Positions 41,585-50,594 of a DNA stretch of 64,000 bases are shown in pieces (positions within the stretch are counted from its first letter, which is position 1; every line of letters begins with the position of its first letter). The notes beneath the pieces are model-generated. The model did no database searches. It was not told the origin of the DNA and saw only the letters and a program-made list of their open reading frames with translations. The stretch comes from Vicinamibacteraceae bacterium (lineage in GTDB: Bacteria > Acidobacteriota > Vicinamibacteria > Vicinamibacterales > Vicinamibacteraceae): positions 449,123-513,122 of the forward strand of contig CAVXAR010000009.1 in the NCBI GenBank assembly GCA_963759795.1, given 5' to 3'. Both the position numbers and the translations under genes were made by a program.

Positions 41585-42527
41585 ATGCGCTACTGGTGGG
41601 TCAACCAGAACCAGACGTACCGGGCTGAAGTCCGCGGGAGCTTCATGTGGTCGCCGAAGCAGAACGCGAACGGAGCCCGCAACCAGTTCTACGAGAACAT
41701 GCGAGAGGTGTCGCCGGGCGACGTCGTGTTCTCGTTCTGCGACACACGCATCAAGGCCATCGGCGTCGTGACCGGAGGCGCGCAGACCGGCCCGAAGCCC
41801 GACTTCGGCGCCGCCGGCTCGAACTGGTCGCGTGAAGGCTGGTTCGTGCCGGTCGACTACTGCGTCCTGAACAACCAGATTCGACCCAAGGACCACGCCG
41901 CGATTCTTCGGCCGTTCCTGCCGGCGAAGTACTCGCCGCTTCAGGAGAACGGAGACGGCCTCCAGTCCGTCTACCTTGCCGAGCTCCCGCAGGCCCTCGC
42001 CGACGCTCTGATCGGCTGATTGGTCAGGCGTACTGGGACGCGTACTCGACAATCGCCGTTCTCAGGGCAGTCCGGAGCCGACGGACCTCGAGGCCGAACC
42101 GAATCTCGACGCCGGCATTACCGGCCCGACGTTCAGGGAGCAGCTTGTCAGAGCGCGGCGTGGGCAGGGGGTGTTCAGGGCCAACGTTCTTCTGCGCGAA
42201 GAATCTTGTCGCGTCACGCGCGTGAACGAGCCGAGACACCTGAAGGCGAGTCACATCAAGCCGTGGCGAGACGCGACTGACGCCGAGCGTCTCGACGGTG
42301 CCAACGGACTGCTGCTGTCGCCGCACATCGACCATCTGTTCGACGAGGGCTACATCACCTTCTCCAGCAGCCAGGAGCTGGTGATCGTTCCAGAAGTCCG
42401 CGACAAGCTTCTGGATGCGTGGGGCATCGATGCTGGCGTCCGCGTTGGCGACTTCTCGCGTGAGCAAAGCGCCTATCTGGATTACCACCGCGTCAACGTC
42501 TTCAAGCACTCGCTTATGGACGGGTAG
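41585..42527 (+). CDS. PUA/EVE-like N-terminal domain fused to HNH_2 nuclease (candidate modification-dependent restriction-type endonuclease), one frameshift near 42010
   Basis: MRYWWVNQNQTYRAEVRGSFMWSPK...DVVFSFCDTRIKAIGVV... then RGQGVFRANVLLREESCRVTRVNEPRHLKASHIKPWRDATDAERLDGANGLLLSPHIDHLFDEGYITF (HNH_2). Confidence 0.7.
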
Positions 42528-42599
42528 CCGCCACAGTCATCGCACCACCCTCGGGCTGGCGGCTGGCGCAGATTCTTAGCATGCCAAGTCGATAATGCC

Positions 42600-43400
42600 G
42601 TGGCCATGCTCGCTGCCCTCCTGATCGTATCGCTGGCCGTGCTCGTCGGTTCGTCACAAGGTGCCGTTACGCCGGACCTGTCCAGCCACTTCACCGACCT
42701 CGACGCGACGTTCGTGCTGCTGGACGACGCGACCGGCACGTACACGCGTCACGGCCCGGCACGCGCGGCGCGCCGCTTCCCTCCGTGCTCGACCTTCAAG
42801 GTGCCGCACACGGCCATGCTGCTCGAGTCCGGAATCGTGCCCGACGCGACGGGTGGCGCACTGCCCTACGATCCGGCCCTGCACCAACCGGCGCAGTGGG
42901 CCCGCGACTTCGACCTCATTGGCGCGTTCAAGGCGTCGGCCCTCTGGTACTACCGCGCGCAGGCACGGCGGCTCGGCATGGACGCCGAAGCCCGCTACGT
43001 CCGTCGTCTTGGGTACGGGAACATGGACACCAGTGGCGGACTCGATGGTCCTGACGGGCCGTTCTGGGTCGATGGCTCGCTGCTTATCTCGGCCGACGAG
43101 CAGGTCCAGTTCCTGCAGCGCTTGCACGACGGTCGCCTGGGTCTGTCGCCACGCACCAACGTGCTGACGCGCGAGATCATGCTGGTCGAGGCGACGCCGC
43201 GATGGCGCCTGTATGCCAAGACCGGCGCGTGCCGCCCGCGGGGCGAGCAGACGTCGAACTGGTACGTCGGGTTCGTCGAGAAGGGCGCCGCTACCTACTA
43301 CTTCGCGCTGCAGATCGGCGCGGACGACTACGGGCGTGCCTTCGCCGAGCGGGTGCCGACGACACGACGGGTGTTGGCGAGCCTGGGGATTCTGGACTGA
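42600..43400 (+). CDS. class D (OXA-like) beta-lactamase / BlaR1-sensor-domain family protein
   Basis: Signal peptide, STFK (active Ser-x-x-Lys), YGN, KTG, WYVGF (W-x-x-G). Intact. Confidence 0.8.
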   Translation: MAMLAALLIVSLAVLVGSSQGAVTPDLSSHFTDLDATFVLLDDATGTYTRHGPARAARRFPPCSTFKVPHTAMLLESGIVPDATGGALPYDPALHQPAQWARDFDLIGAFKASALWYYRAQARRLGMDAEARYVRRLGYGNMDTSGGLDGPDGPFWVDGSLLISADEQVQFLQRLHDGRLGLSPRTNVLTREIMLVEATPRWRLYAKTGACRPRGEQTSNWYVGFVEKGAATYYFALQIGADDYGRAFAERVPTTRRVLASLGILD

Positions 43401-43402
43401 CG

Positions 43403-43663
43403 TCAGCCCTTGATGCTCGCGAGCAGCGCCTTCAATCGCCGCCTCGGATCGCTCACGACGACCACGCGCGGGTCGAAGTGGGCCGGGTCGAACCCTTTGG
43501 GGACCCAGTCCTTGACGTCCTGGTGCAGCGGGTGGCGACGGTCGCTCCTGGCGGCGAGCGTGTCGTAGTACCCGTGAATGCCGCCAGAGTCCTCGAGCGG
43601 CGCTGCGCACGCGCCGCCACGCACCGTGTCGGCCACCGAGACGCGGTCTCCGGCACTCGGCAA
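43403..43663 (-). pseudogene. pRiA4b ORF-3-like protein, C-terminal fragment
   Basis: ...GGIHGYYDTLAARSDRRHPLHQDVKDWVPKGFDPAHFD... matches the conserved C-terminus of this mobile-element-associated family. N-terminal region absent. Confidence 0.45.
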
Positions 43664-43739
43664 GGCCTGGTCGCTCAGCAGCCCATGCAGGTTTCGGCAA
43701 TGCGTCGATGGCGTTCAGCCTGACCCGTGCTGAACCCCA

Positions 43740-43864
43740 TCGATCTTTCTGATGGGGCAGTGCCATCGGGCCGGGATTGGTTCAATAGTCTGTAGACTAT
43801 TGACATCATAATCTTTGATAGTCTATAAATTATTGAACTTGTAGTCATCGATAAGCCAAAGGCT
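43740..43864. promoter_or_regulatory. low-GC promoter/operator region with palindrome AATAGTCTgtAGACTATT and repeated ATAGTCTA
   Basis: ttcaatagtctgtagactattgacatcataatctttgatagtctataaattattgaac sits directly upstream of the HTH gene. Sharp GC drop. Confidence 0.5.
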
Positions 43865-44320
43865 ATGAAATCTCCGAGGATCGCCGCGAAGTCCAGGGCC
43901 CGTCTCGACGAGCGTCTCGCCCGATTGGAGCCTGTTGAGCGCTATCGCCCGCCTGCTCGTGGCTGGATAAGGGCCATCCGCGAGGCCCTCGGCATGAATG
44001 CCGCGCAGTTGGCGCGACGCATGGGCGTGAGCCAGCCCAGCATCGTCGGTCTCGAGCAGTCAGAAGAGAAGGAGACCATCCAGCTGGCGACGCTGCGGCG
44101 CGCGGCCGAGGCCCTCGACTGCACGCTCGTGTACGTGCTCGTTCCGAACAGGCCGCTCGAGGTGACCGTCCGCGAGCGTGCACGTGCGCTGCTTCTTCGG
44201 CGGCGCCAGCCCGTCGAGCACACGATGCTGCTGGAGGATCAGCAGGTCAACGACAGCATCACCGACGCGCAAGTCGAGGACGCCATCCGCGACACGAGCC
44301 CTCGCGCGTTCTGGGATTGA
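43865..44320 (+). CDS. mobile mystery protein A (XRE-type HTH)
   Basis: IRAIREALGMNAAQLARRMGVSQPSIVGLEQSE. 4-nt overlap with the Fic gene. Confidence 0.8.
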   Translation: MKSPRIAAKSRARLDERLARLEPVERYRPPARGWIRAIREALGMNAAQLARRMGVSQPSIVGLEQSEEKETIQLATLRRAAEALDCTLVYVLVPNRPLEVTVRERARALLLRRRQPVEHTMLLEDQQVNDSITDAQVEDAIRDTSPRAFWD

Positions 44321-44910
44321 CGCGCATGACCGACCTGTTCGAGGAGCCAGACGATGCGACGCCGTTGACGCCAGACGAGCGCAGGGGGCTGATCCCGTCG
44401 GACATCACGTTCCGCAGCGAGCTGAACAGGGCCGAGCAGGACAACATCGCACAGGCGCACGATTGGGCGCTCGCCCGTCGTCGCAACGTCTTGACCGAAC
44501 AGTTCGTGAAGAACCTGCACCGCCGCATGCTTGGCGACGTCTGGCGCTGGGCCGGCCAGTTCAGGACCAGTGAGCGCAACATCGGGATGCCGTACTACGA
44601 GATCCCCGTGGCGCTGCGACAATTGCTCGCCGACGCCGCGACCTGGATTGAACACAAGGCCTACCCACCCGACGAGATCGCCGTGCGCTTTCATCATCGG
44701 CTCGTGCAGATCCACCCGTTCCCCAACGGCAACGGCCGGCACTCCCGGCTGATGGCCGATCTGCTCGTGATGCAGCTGGGTCGCGACCGCTTCACATGGG
44801 GCAGCGCCAACCTGCGCGACGCGGACGAGGTCCGTCGCCGCTACATCGACGCGCTCAGGGCGGCGGACAACCATGACCTGACGCTCCTGCTCGCCTTCGC
44901 GCGGTCCTAG
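44317..44910 (+). CDS. Fic family protein (mobile mystery protein B)
   Basis: Canonical Fic motif HPFPNGNGRHSR. Confidence 0.9.
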   Translation: MTRMTDLFEEPDDATPLTPDERRGLIPSDITFRSELNRAEQDNIAQAHDWALARRRNVLTEQFVKNLHRRMLGDVWRWAGQFRTSERNIGMPYYEIPVALRQLLADAATWIEHKAYPPDEIAVRFHHRLVQIHPFPNGNGRHSRLMADLLVMQLGRDRFTWGSANLRDADEVRRRYIDALRAADNHDLTLLLAFARS

Positions 44911-44982
44911 GTGCCATTGGCATCAAGGCGCAGTCTGTGGCCTGGACGGTCGCAGCCTGCGGAGTGTGCGACGGGAACGCGG

Positions 44983-45635
44983 TCACCGTGCGCTCGGCAG
45001 CTCGTTGTCGTTCAGCAACTCTTGCAGCTTAGGCAACGCCTCGGCTGCCCGAAGTTCCGCGAAGCGCTGGATGGCCCCAACGCGAACAAGTGCATCCGAG
45101 TCGTCTAGGCGGAAATCAGAGGGCGAATTGCTGGGGGTCGTCGATTTTCCCGAGCGCCCAGGCCACCTTGTAGTTGACCTGCGCGTCCGCCAGCATCGGA
45201 ACCAGGACGTCCACCGCCCGGTTGTTCCCCAGCTCGCCAAGCAGGTGTACCGCGTAGTAACGGTCGGCTCTGATCTGGCCATCCACGGTCATGTTGCCGC
45301 CTGGAATGCCTTGACCGATCGGGCGTCCAGAGCGATCGCTCAGGATCGCTGCTAGGACGTCAAAGCCTCGGGTATCGCCCAATCCCGCGAGGACGTACGC
45401 GGCATTGCTTCGCAGATGTCGGTCCTCATGGGTTACAAAGGGCTCCACCAGCTCGATTGCGCGTCGGTCTCCTGCCGAGACGAGGCGTTTGGCAACTTCG
45501 AGCTGCTGCCGGACAGTACTGCGGCCGAGCATCCGCCAGTAGCGAATCGACGGACACTGCCGCTGCGCCCCGACCGGCGAGGCGGCAACTGAGACAACCG
45601 TCAGGACCGCAGCGTGAGACCAGGACGAGCTGCAT
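44983..45635 (-). CDS. secreted HEAT/PBS-lyase-repeat protein, frameshifted
   Basis: Repeats ...NAAYVLAGLGDTRGFDVL..., ...YYAVHLLGELGNNRAVDVL..., ...ALVRVGAIQRFAELRAAEALPKL... in two frames. Confidence 0.55.
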
Positions 45636-46102
45636 GGCGTGCCCTCGTCGAAGGAAATGCTTGGGCTACGACGCTCCGTCGTGCGACTGACCGAGTTCTG
45701 GGCGAGTCCAAGAAGAAACCTTCGGGACCACCGATGTAGCACAGGCGCGTCGATACTTAACGCAGTTCGTCCGATCGCGAGAGTCCGACCCAGCGACCGA
45801 CGCGAACTGACACGACCCGCGCTCGGCCTCTTGCGCCCGGCTGAGCAGCCTGTAAGAAACCGACGCAACAGCGAGTTCTATAGAACATACGAGCCGGATT
45901 CCTCCCGGCCGCCGGAACCGCCGAGTCGCATCAGCCGCTCGGCGCCCCGGCCCAATCGCTCCACGCGCGAGCGCCTCAGGCAGCCCTCCGCGCGAGTCGA
46001 GCCGCCGTCACCGGCGCACCCTCCTGGCTGCGTCGGTCCGGCACCGGTCGATGCGCGTCCGCGCGTCGACACCTCAACCGTATCCGTTCAAGGAGCTGTC
46101 AC

Positions 46103-46339
46103 ATGCGCGCATGGCTGAACGTCGGAGAGGCGGCGGAGTACGCTGGAGTCTGCAAGGACACGATCTACACCGCGTGCGAGCGCAACGAGCTGCGGCACGT
46201 CCGCATCGGCGGGCGGCGCTGCATCCGCGTGCGCCCGGTGTGGCTCGACGAGTGGTACGAGCGCAACACGCGGCACCTGCCGGGCGGCGGGAGTAGCGCG
46301 GCCGCGGCGTCGACGACGGTCACGTCGGCGGGTCGGTAG
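46103..46339 (+). CDS. excisionase/AlpA-type HTH protein
   Basis: WLNVGEAAEYAGVCKDTIYTACERNELRHVRIGGRRCIRVR. Directly upstream of the integrase. Confidence 0.75.
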   Translation: MRAWLNVGEAAEYAGVCKDTIYTACERNELRHVRIGGRRCIRVRPVWLDEWYERNTRHLPGGGSSAAAASTTVTSAGR

Positions 46340-46354
46340 CCCCAGGGGAACGTC

Positions 46355-47605
46355 ATGGGTCTGTACAAGCTGTGCGAGCACAAGGGCCGCAACCGCGATC
46401 GCTGCGAGCACCCGTGGTGGGGCAGCTTCCGCGGCGTGCGCGTGAGCCTGACCAAGTGGGCCAACCGCGAGATTCGGTCGAAGGCCGAGGCCGGCGCCGT
46501 GCTCGACGAGATGCGCATGGCGATGCGCGCCGGCACGTTCGACGCGCGCGGCCTCGCGGCACCGAAGGTCGGACCCATGACGTTCCGCGAGCTCGCGGAG
46601 ATTTACCGCGAGCAGCACGTGATCCCGAAGCGCCTGGCGATGGGGAAGAACTACACCTGGTCGGTGAAGCCGTTCGTCGATCGATTCGGCGACCGCGCCC
46701 TGGGCGACATCCGCACGGCCGACGTGCAGGACTTCATCGCCGACCTCCGGAAGCCGCGCGCCGTCCATCGCCGCGGCGTCCGCGTGCTCTCGCCCAGCGC
46801 GGTGAACCGCATCGTCGACCTGCTGCGGCACATGCTGAACTGGGCCGTCGGCCGCGAGCTCCTCACGAGCACGCCGTTCAAGCGCGGCTCCGAGACGCTG
46901 ATCAAGAAATTCCAGGAAGACAACAAGCGCCGTCGACGCATCGACGAGCGGGAAGAGGCCGCGCTGCTCGCGCAGGCGCCGACGCACATCCAGGCGCTGA
47001 TCGTCGCGGCCATCGACACGGGTATGCGCTCTGGCGAGATGCTGGCGCTGCGCTTTGCCGACATCGATCTCGAGCGCGGACTGATCACGCTGCGCGGCGA
47101 AACGACGAAGAGCCGCAAGACGCGGCTGGTACCGATCTCGACGACGCGGCTGCGCGAGGTGTTCGCGTGGTTGCGGCGGGATGTCGACGTCAACCCCAAG
47201 CCGCTCGAGACGCGCGTGTTCAGCAACGAGGTCGGCGAGCCCTATCGCCTGTTCCACCGGATGTGGCAGTCCATCGTGCTGAAGGCGCATGGCCACACGC
47301 CGACGTGGAACCCGCGCCTGAACTACCAGGGCCTGTCCGACGAGTCGCAGGAGACGTTCCGGCGGATCAACCTGCGGTGGCACGACCTGCGGCACGAGTA
47401 CGCGTCGCGCCTGGTGGAGCACGGGGTGGTGGCTCAGGTGCGCGACCTGCTGGCGCACGCATCGATCACGACGACGGAGCGGTACGACAACCAGACGCTG
47501 GCCGAACCTGCAGGTCGCGTCGGCGAAGCGCGCGCTACCGTTCAGGTCGAAACGAGCCATCGCAGCGCAGACATCGAGCGCGGCGAGCGCGCTCATGAAA
47601 GATGA
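46355..47605 (+). CDS. int: tyrosine-type site-specific integrase
   Basis: C-terminal catalytic blocks ...TGMRSGEML...HDLRHEYASRLVEHGV...LAHASITTTERY. Intact 416 aa. Confidence 0.9.
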   Translation: MGLYKLCEHKGRNRDRCEHPWWGSFRGVRVSLTKWANREIRSKAEAGAVLDEMRMAMRAGTFDARGLAAPKVGPMTFRELAEIYREQHVIPKRLAMGKNYTWSVKPFVDRFGDRALGDIRTADVQDFIADLRKPRAVHRRGVRVLSPSAVNRIVDLLRHMLNWAVGRELLTSTPFKRGSETLIKKFQEDNKRRRRIDEREEAALLAQAPTHIQALIVAAIDTGMRSGEMLALRFADIDLERGLITLRGETTKSRKTRLVPISTTRLREVFAWLRRDVDVNPKPLETRVFSNEVGEPYRLFHRMWQSIVLKAHGHTPTWNPRLNYQGLSDESQETFRRINLRWHDLRHEYASRLVEHGVVAQVRDLLAHASITTTERYDNQTLAEPAGRVGEARATVQVETSHRSADIERGERAHER

Positions 47606-47817
47606 GCTCTGGAACAGGGGCTAGCGGAGACGGCCGGCTCGGAGAGCCGGCCCTACCAGACCGCAGCCACGGCAAGTCGCGGGGTACGGCTGAGGCACAG
47701 GCAGGCCCTCAATTCGCCCTCTTCGCAGGGATTCGAGCGTGGAGCGGCGAGCGCAAGCGAGCCGAAACACGCCTGAATACGTGCCGAGCAGCCAATCGAC
47801 GAGCGGAGCGAGGAGAT

Positions 47818-47892
47818 TGGCTGGGAGGCAGGGATTCGAACCCCGATAACCACGTCCAGAGCGTGGTGTCCTACCGTTGAACGACCTCCCAG
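47818..47892 (-). tRNA. tRNA-Gln (anticodon CUG), U1-A72, CCA encoded
   Basis: Manual fold: acceptor TGGGAGG/CCTCCCA, D-stem GTTC/GGAC, anticodon stem CCACG/CGTGG with loop CTCTGGA, T-arm CGGGG-TTCGAAT-CCCTG, discriminator G. Confidence 0.85.
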
Positions 47893-47969
47893 CACAGGGC
47901 GCGATGGCCCGAGAGGAACCTATAGTTTAGCCAGACCGGCCGAATCCGGCAACCCCTGCGCCTCCAGGC

Positions 47970-49003
47970 TCAGCGCTCGGTGGCCTGCAGCAGCGCCGCC
48001 AGGTGCTCCTTCCACACCGCGGCCAGGGTATGCGTGCCGTGGCCCGCGGTCCTTTCGCTGAGCGGAATCACGATCGCCTTGCCCTGCCTGACCCGCCCGA
48101 TCTCCTTCTCCAGCAGGCCCAGTTCCGGCGGGTTGATGAGGTCGTCGGCCGAGTTGATCGCCACCAGCGGCGCGACAATCCGCTCGAGCCCGGGCTTCGG
48201 GTCGTAGTCGCGCGACGCCTCGATGGCATAGAGGACGTCGTTGGCGTCCCCGGTCTTGAGGTAGGCGGCGACGTACTCGTCGAGCACCCGGTCGGCCTCG
48301 GCCAGCGTCGGCGCCTGCTGCAGCCGGAGGACCGGATTGCTGCTCATCACCCAGAGCAGCTGCGCCACCGTGCGCAGCCCGCGCGGCTGCGTCGTGTAGT
48401 TGCCGCCCTGCCACTCCGGGTCGGTGCGGATGGCGTCGATCGCCACCCGCCGCCAGGCACGATTGCGACCGGCAATCTGGTCAGGGAGGCTGGCCAGCGG
48501 CATGAGCGCATCCATGGCGTCGGGGTAGCGTCTGGCCCCAGACCCACGTGTGCATGCCGCCCATCGAGGTGCCCATCACCAGCCGCAGCCGTCGCCGCCT
48601 GCAGGCCCTCGGTCATGAGCAGGTGCTGCGCGCGCACCATGTCCTGATAGCCATACCTGGGAAAGCGAGCCCGCAGTCCGTCACTCGGCTTGCTCGACTT
48701 GCCGTGCCCGATGGCGTCTGGCATGACGACGAAGTACCGCGACGCATCGAGCGGCTGGCCGGCGCCGAACAGTTCGCCGGCAAACCCCGGTCCGACAAAC
48801 TGCGCACCGGTGCCGCCGGTGCCATGGATGACCAGCACGGCGTTGCGGACGCGTCCGCTGGCGTCCCGCTGTGGAGTGCCCACCGTGCGGTAGTGCAGCC
48901 GCAGCTCCGGCAGCACCTCGCCGGACGTGAAGCGGAAGTCGCGGATGACGTAATCCGCCTCGGTGACGACCGCCGGCTGCGCACCCGCCAGACGCGCCAC
49001 CAT
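47970..49003 (-). CDS. alpha/beta-hydrolase of the homoserine O-acetyltransferase (MetX-like) family, one frameshift near 48560
   Basis: N-part ...VLVIHGTGGTGAQF...AIGHGKSSKP...YGYQDMVRAQHLL in ORF 48347..49003. C-part in ORF 47970..48515. Confidence 0.7.
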
Positions 49004-49060
49004 GCAACACGAGCAACAAGGTACGCACGAGCATCGGGAGATACTGGCACAGGGACAGAG

Positions 49061-49197
49061 CGGATCGGGGATCGGGGATCGCGGATCGCGGATCGCGCGA
49101 ACCGGGGACCGGGTACCGGGTACCGGGTATCGGGTATCGGGGACCGGGGACCGGGCGGCAAGCGGCGGTCTGCATCTGAATTCTGAATTCTGAATTC
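49061..49197. repeat. three consecutive heptanucleotide tandem arrays: (SGGATCG)x5, (YCGGGKA)x8, (TCTGAAT)x3
   Basis: cggatcg gggatcg gggatcg cggatcg cggatcg | ccgggga ccgggta ccgggta ccgggta tcgggta tcgggga ccgggga | tctgaat tctgaat tctgaat tc. Lies in the divergent intergenic region. Confidence 0.85.
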
Positions 49198-49215
49198 TCC
49201 CGTTACTGTTTGCCG

Positions 49216-49767
49216 ATGGAGAAGCGACCCGCGGCGCCTGGCCGCCGCCTGTGCTATCAGGTGGCCTCGAGCCTGGACGGCTTCATCGCCACCGAGGACG
49301 GCCGCTACGACTGGATTCCGACGGACCCCGACATCGATTTCGGGGCCCTGTTCGCGCGTTTCGACACGCTGGTGATGGGACGGCTGACCTACGAGGCGAT
49401 GCTCGCCCATGAAGGCGGCGTGACAGAGGCGGGCGTCTATGGCAAACCGACGATCGTCTTCTCGCGCACGCTGAAGCCTGACGAGCATCCCAATGTCCGC
49501 GTCACCAGCGAGAGTCCCGCGACGGTGGTGGCAGACTTGAAACAGCAGCCGGGTGGCGACATCTGGCTGTTCGGCGGCGGCCAACTGTTTCGGCAGCTGG
49601 CCGACGACGGCGCCGTGGACTCGGTGGAGATCGCCGTCGTGCCGGTACTGCTCGGATCGGGAATCCCGCTCCTGCCGAAAGGTTCGCGCATGAGCCTGGC
49701 GTTGCGCGGGCACCGTATCTATCCCGGCAGCGGCACAGTGCTGCTGGAGTACGACGTCACCGGCTGA
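49216..49767 (+). CDS. dihydrofolate-reductase-like (RibD C-terminal domain family) protein, paralog of 33497..34054
   Basis: LCYQVASSLDGFIATEDG...LVMGRLTYEAM...IWLFGGGQLFRQL. Confidence 0.8.
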   Translation: MEKRPAAPGRRLCYQVASSLDGFIATEDGRYDWIPTDPDIDFGALFARFDTLVMGRLTYEAMLAHEGGVTEAGVYGKPTIVFSRTLKPDEHPNVRVTSESPATVVADLKQQPGGDIWLFGGGQLFRQLADDGAVDSVEIAVVPVLLGSGIPLLPKGSRMSLALRGHRIYPGSGTVLLEYDVTG

Positions 49768-49825
49768 CGCGCGCGAGCGCTGGCGCAACTGGAGATCCCT
49801 GCGCGGGCGCGCTTAGAATGCCCGC

Positions 49826-50581
49826 GTGACGTCATCGCCGCCCATCATCCTCATCACCGGCGGCAGCCGTGGCATCGGGGCCGCCACGGCCAGGCTCGCG
49901 GCCTCACGTGGGTATGCCGTGGCCTTCACCTACCTTGAACGCAGCAACGCCGCGCACGCGCTCGCCGGGGAGATTGCCTCGTCCGGGGGCACGGCGCTGG
50001 CGATGCAGGCCGACGTCGGCATCGAGGCCGACGTGCTGCGGGTCTTCCGCGACGTGGACGCGCGCCTCGGCACCCTCACCGCCCTGGTCAACAACGCCGG
50101 CGTGCTGGAACGCCAGATGCGCCTCGACCAGATGGACGTCCGCCGCTGGACCCGCGTGCTGACCACCAACGTCGTCGGCAGCTTCCTCTGCGCACGGGAA
50201 GCGGTGCGGCGGATGTCCAGCACGCACGGCGGGAATGGCGGCGCGATCGTCAACGTGTCGTCGATCGCCTCGGTGATTGGCGGCGCCCACGAGTACATCG
50301 ACTACGCGGCATCCAAGGGCGCGGTGGACTCGATGACGATGGGCCTGGCGCGCGAAGTGGCCAGCGAAGGCGTGCGCGTGAATGGCGTGCGGCCCGGCCC
50401 GATCCACACCGAGATCCACGCCAGCGGCGGCGAGCCGGGACGGGTCGATCGGGTGAAGACGGCCATCCCGATGCAGCGCGGCGGCCAGCCCGACGAGGTC
50501 GCCCGCACCATCCTGTGGCTGCTGTCGGACGAGGCCAGCTACATCACGGGGGCGCTCGTGGACGTCAGCGGCGGACGGTAG
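49826..50581 (+). CDS. SDR family oxidoreductase
   Basis: TGGSRGIG, NNAG, YAASKGA. Intact. Confidence 0.9.
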   Translation: MTSSPPIILITGGSRGIGAATARLAASRGYAVAFTYLERSNAAHALAGEIASSGGTALAMQADVGIEADVLRVFRDVDARLGTLTALVNNAGVLERQMRLDQMDVRRWTRVLTTNVVGSFLCAREAVRRMSSTHGGNGGAIVNVSSIASVIGGAHEYIDYAASKGAVDSMTMGLAREVASEGVRVNGVRPGPIHTEIHASGGEPGRVDRVKTAIPMQRGGQPDEVARTILWLLSDEASYITGALVDVSGGR

Positions 50582-50594
50582 CGCGGCCCGGCGC

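Larger units (their letters stand above)
43740..47892. mobile_element. tRNA-Gln-associated integrative element, proximal part (Fic module, HEAT gene, excisionase, integrase); distal boundary unresolved
   Basis: Integrase 213 bp from the tRNA-Gln 3' end. Low-GC palindromic segment at 43740-43864. Confidence 0.5.

Noticed and set aside
46088-47596. 502 aa minus-strand ORF
   Set aside because: Antisense to the intact integrase.
49061-49197. Possible CRISPR array
   Set aside because: Units are 7 nt, contiguous and without spacers. This is a microsatellite and not a CRISPR array.
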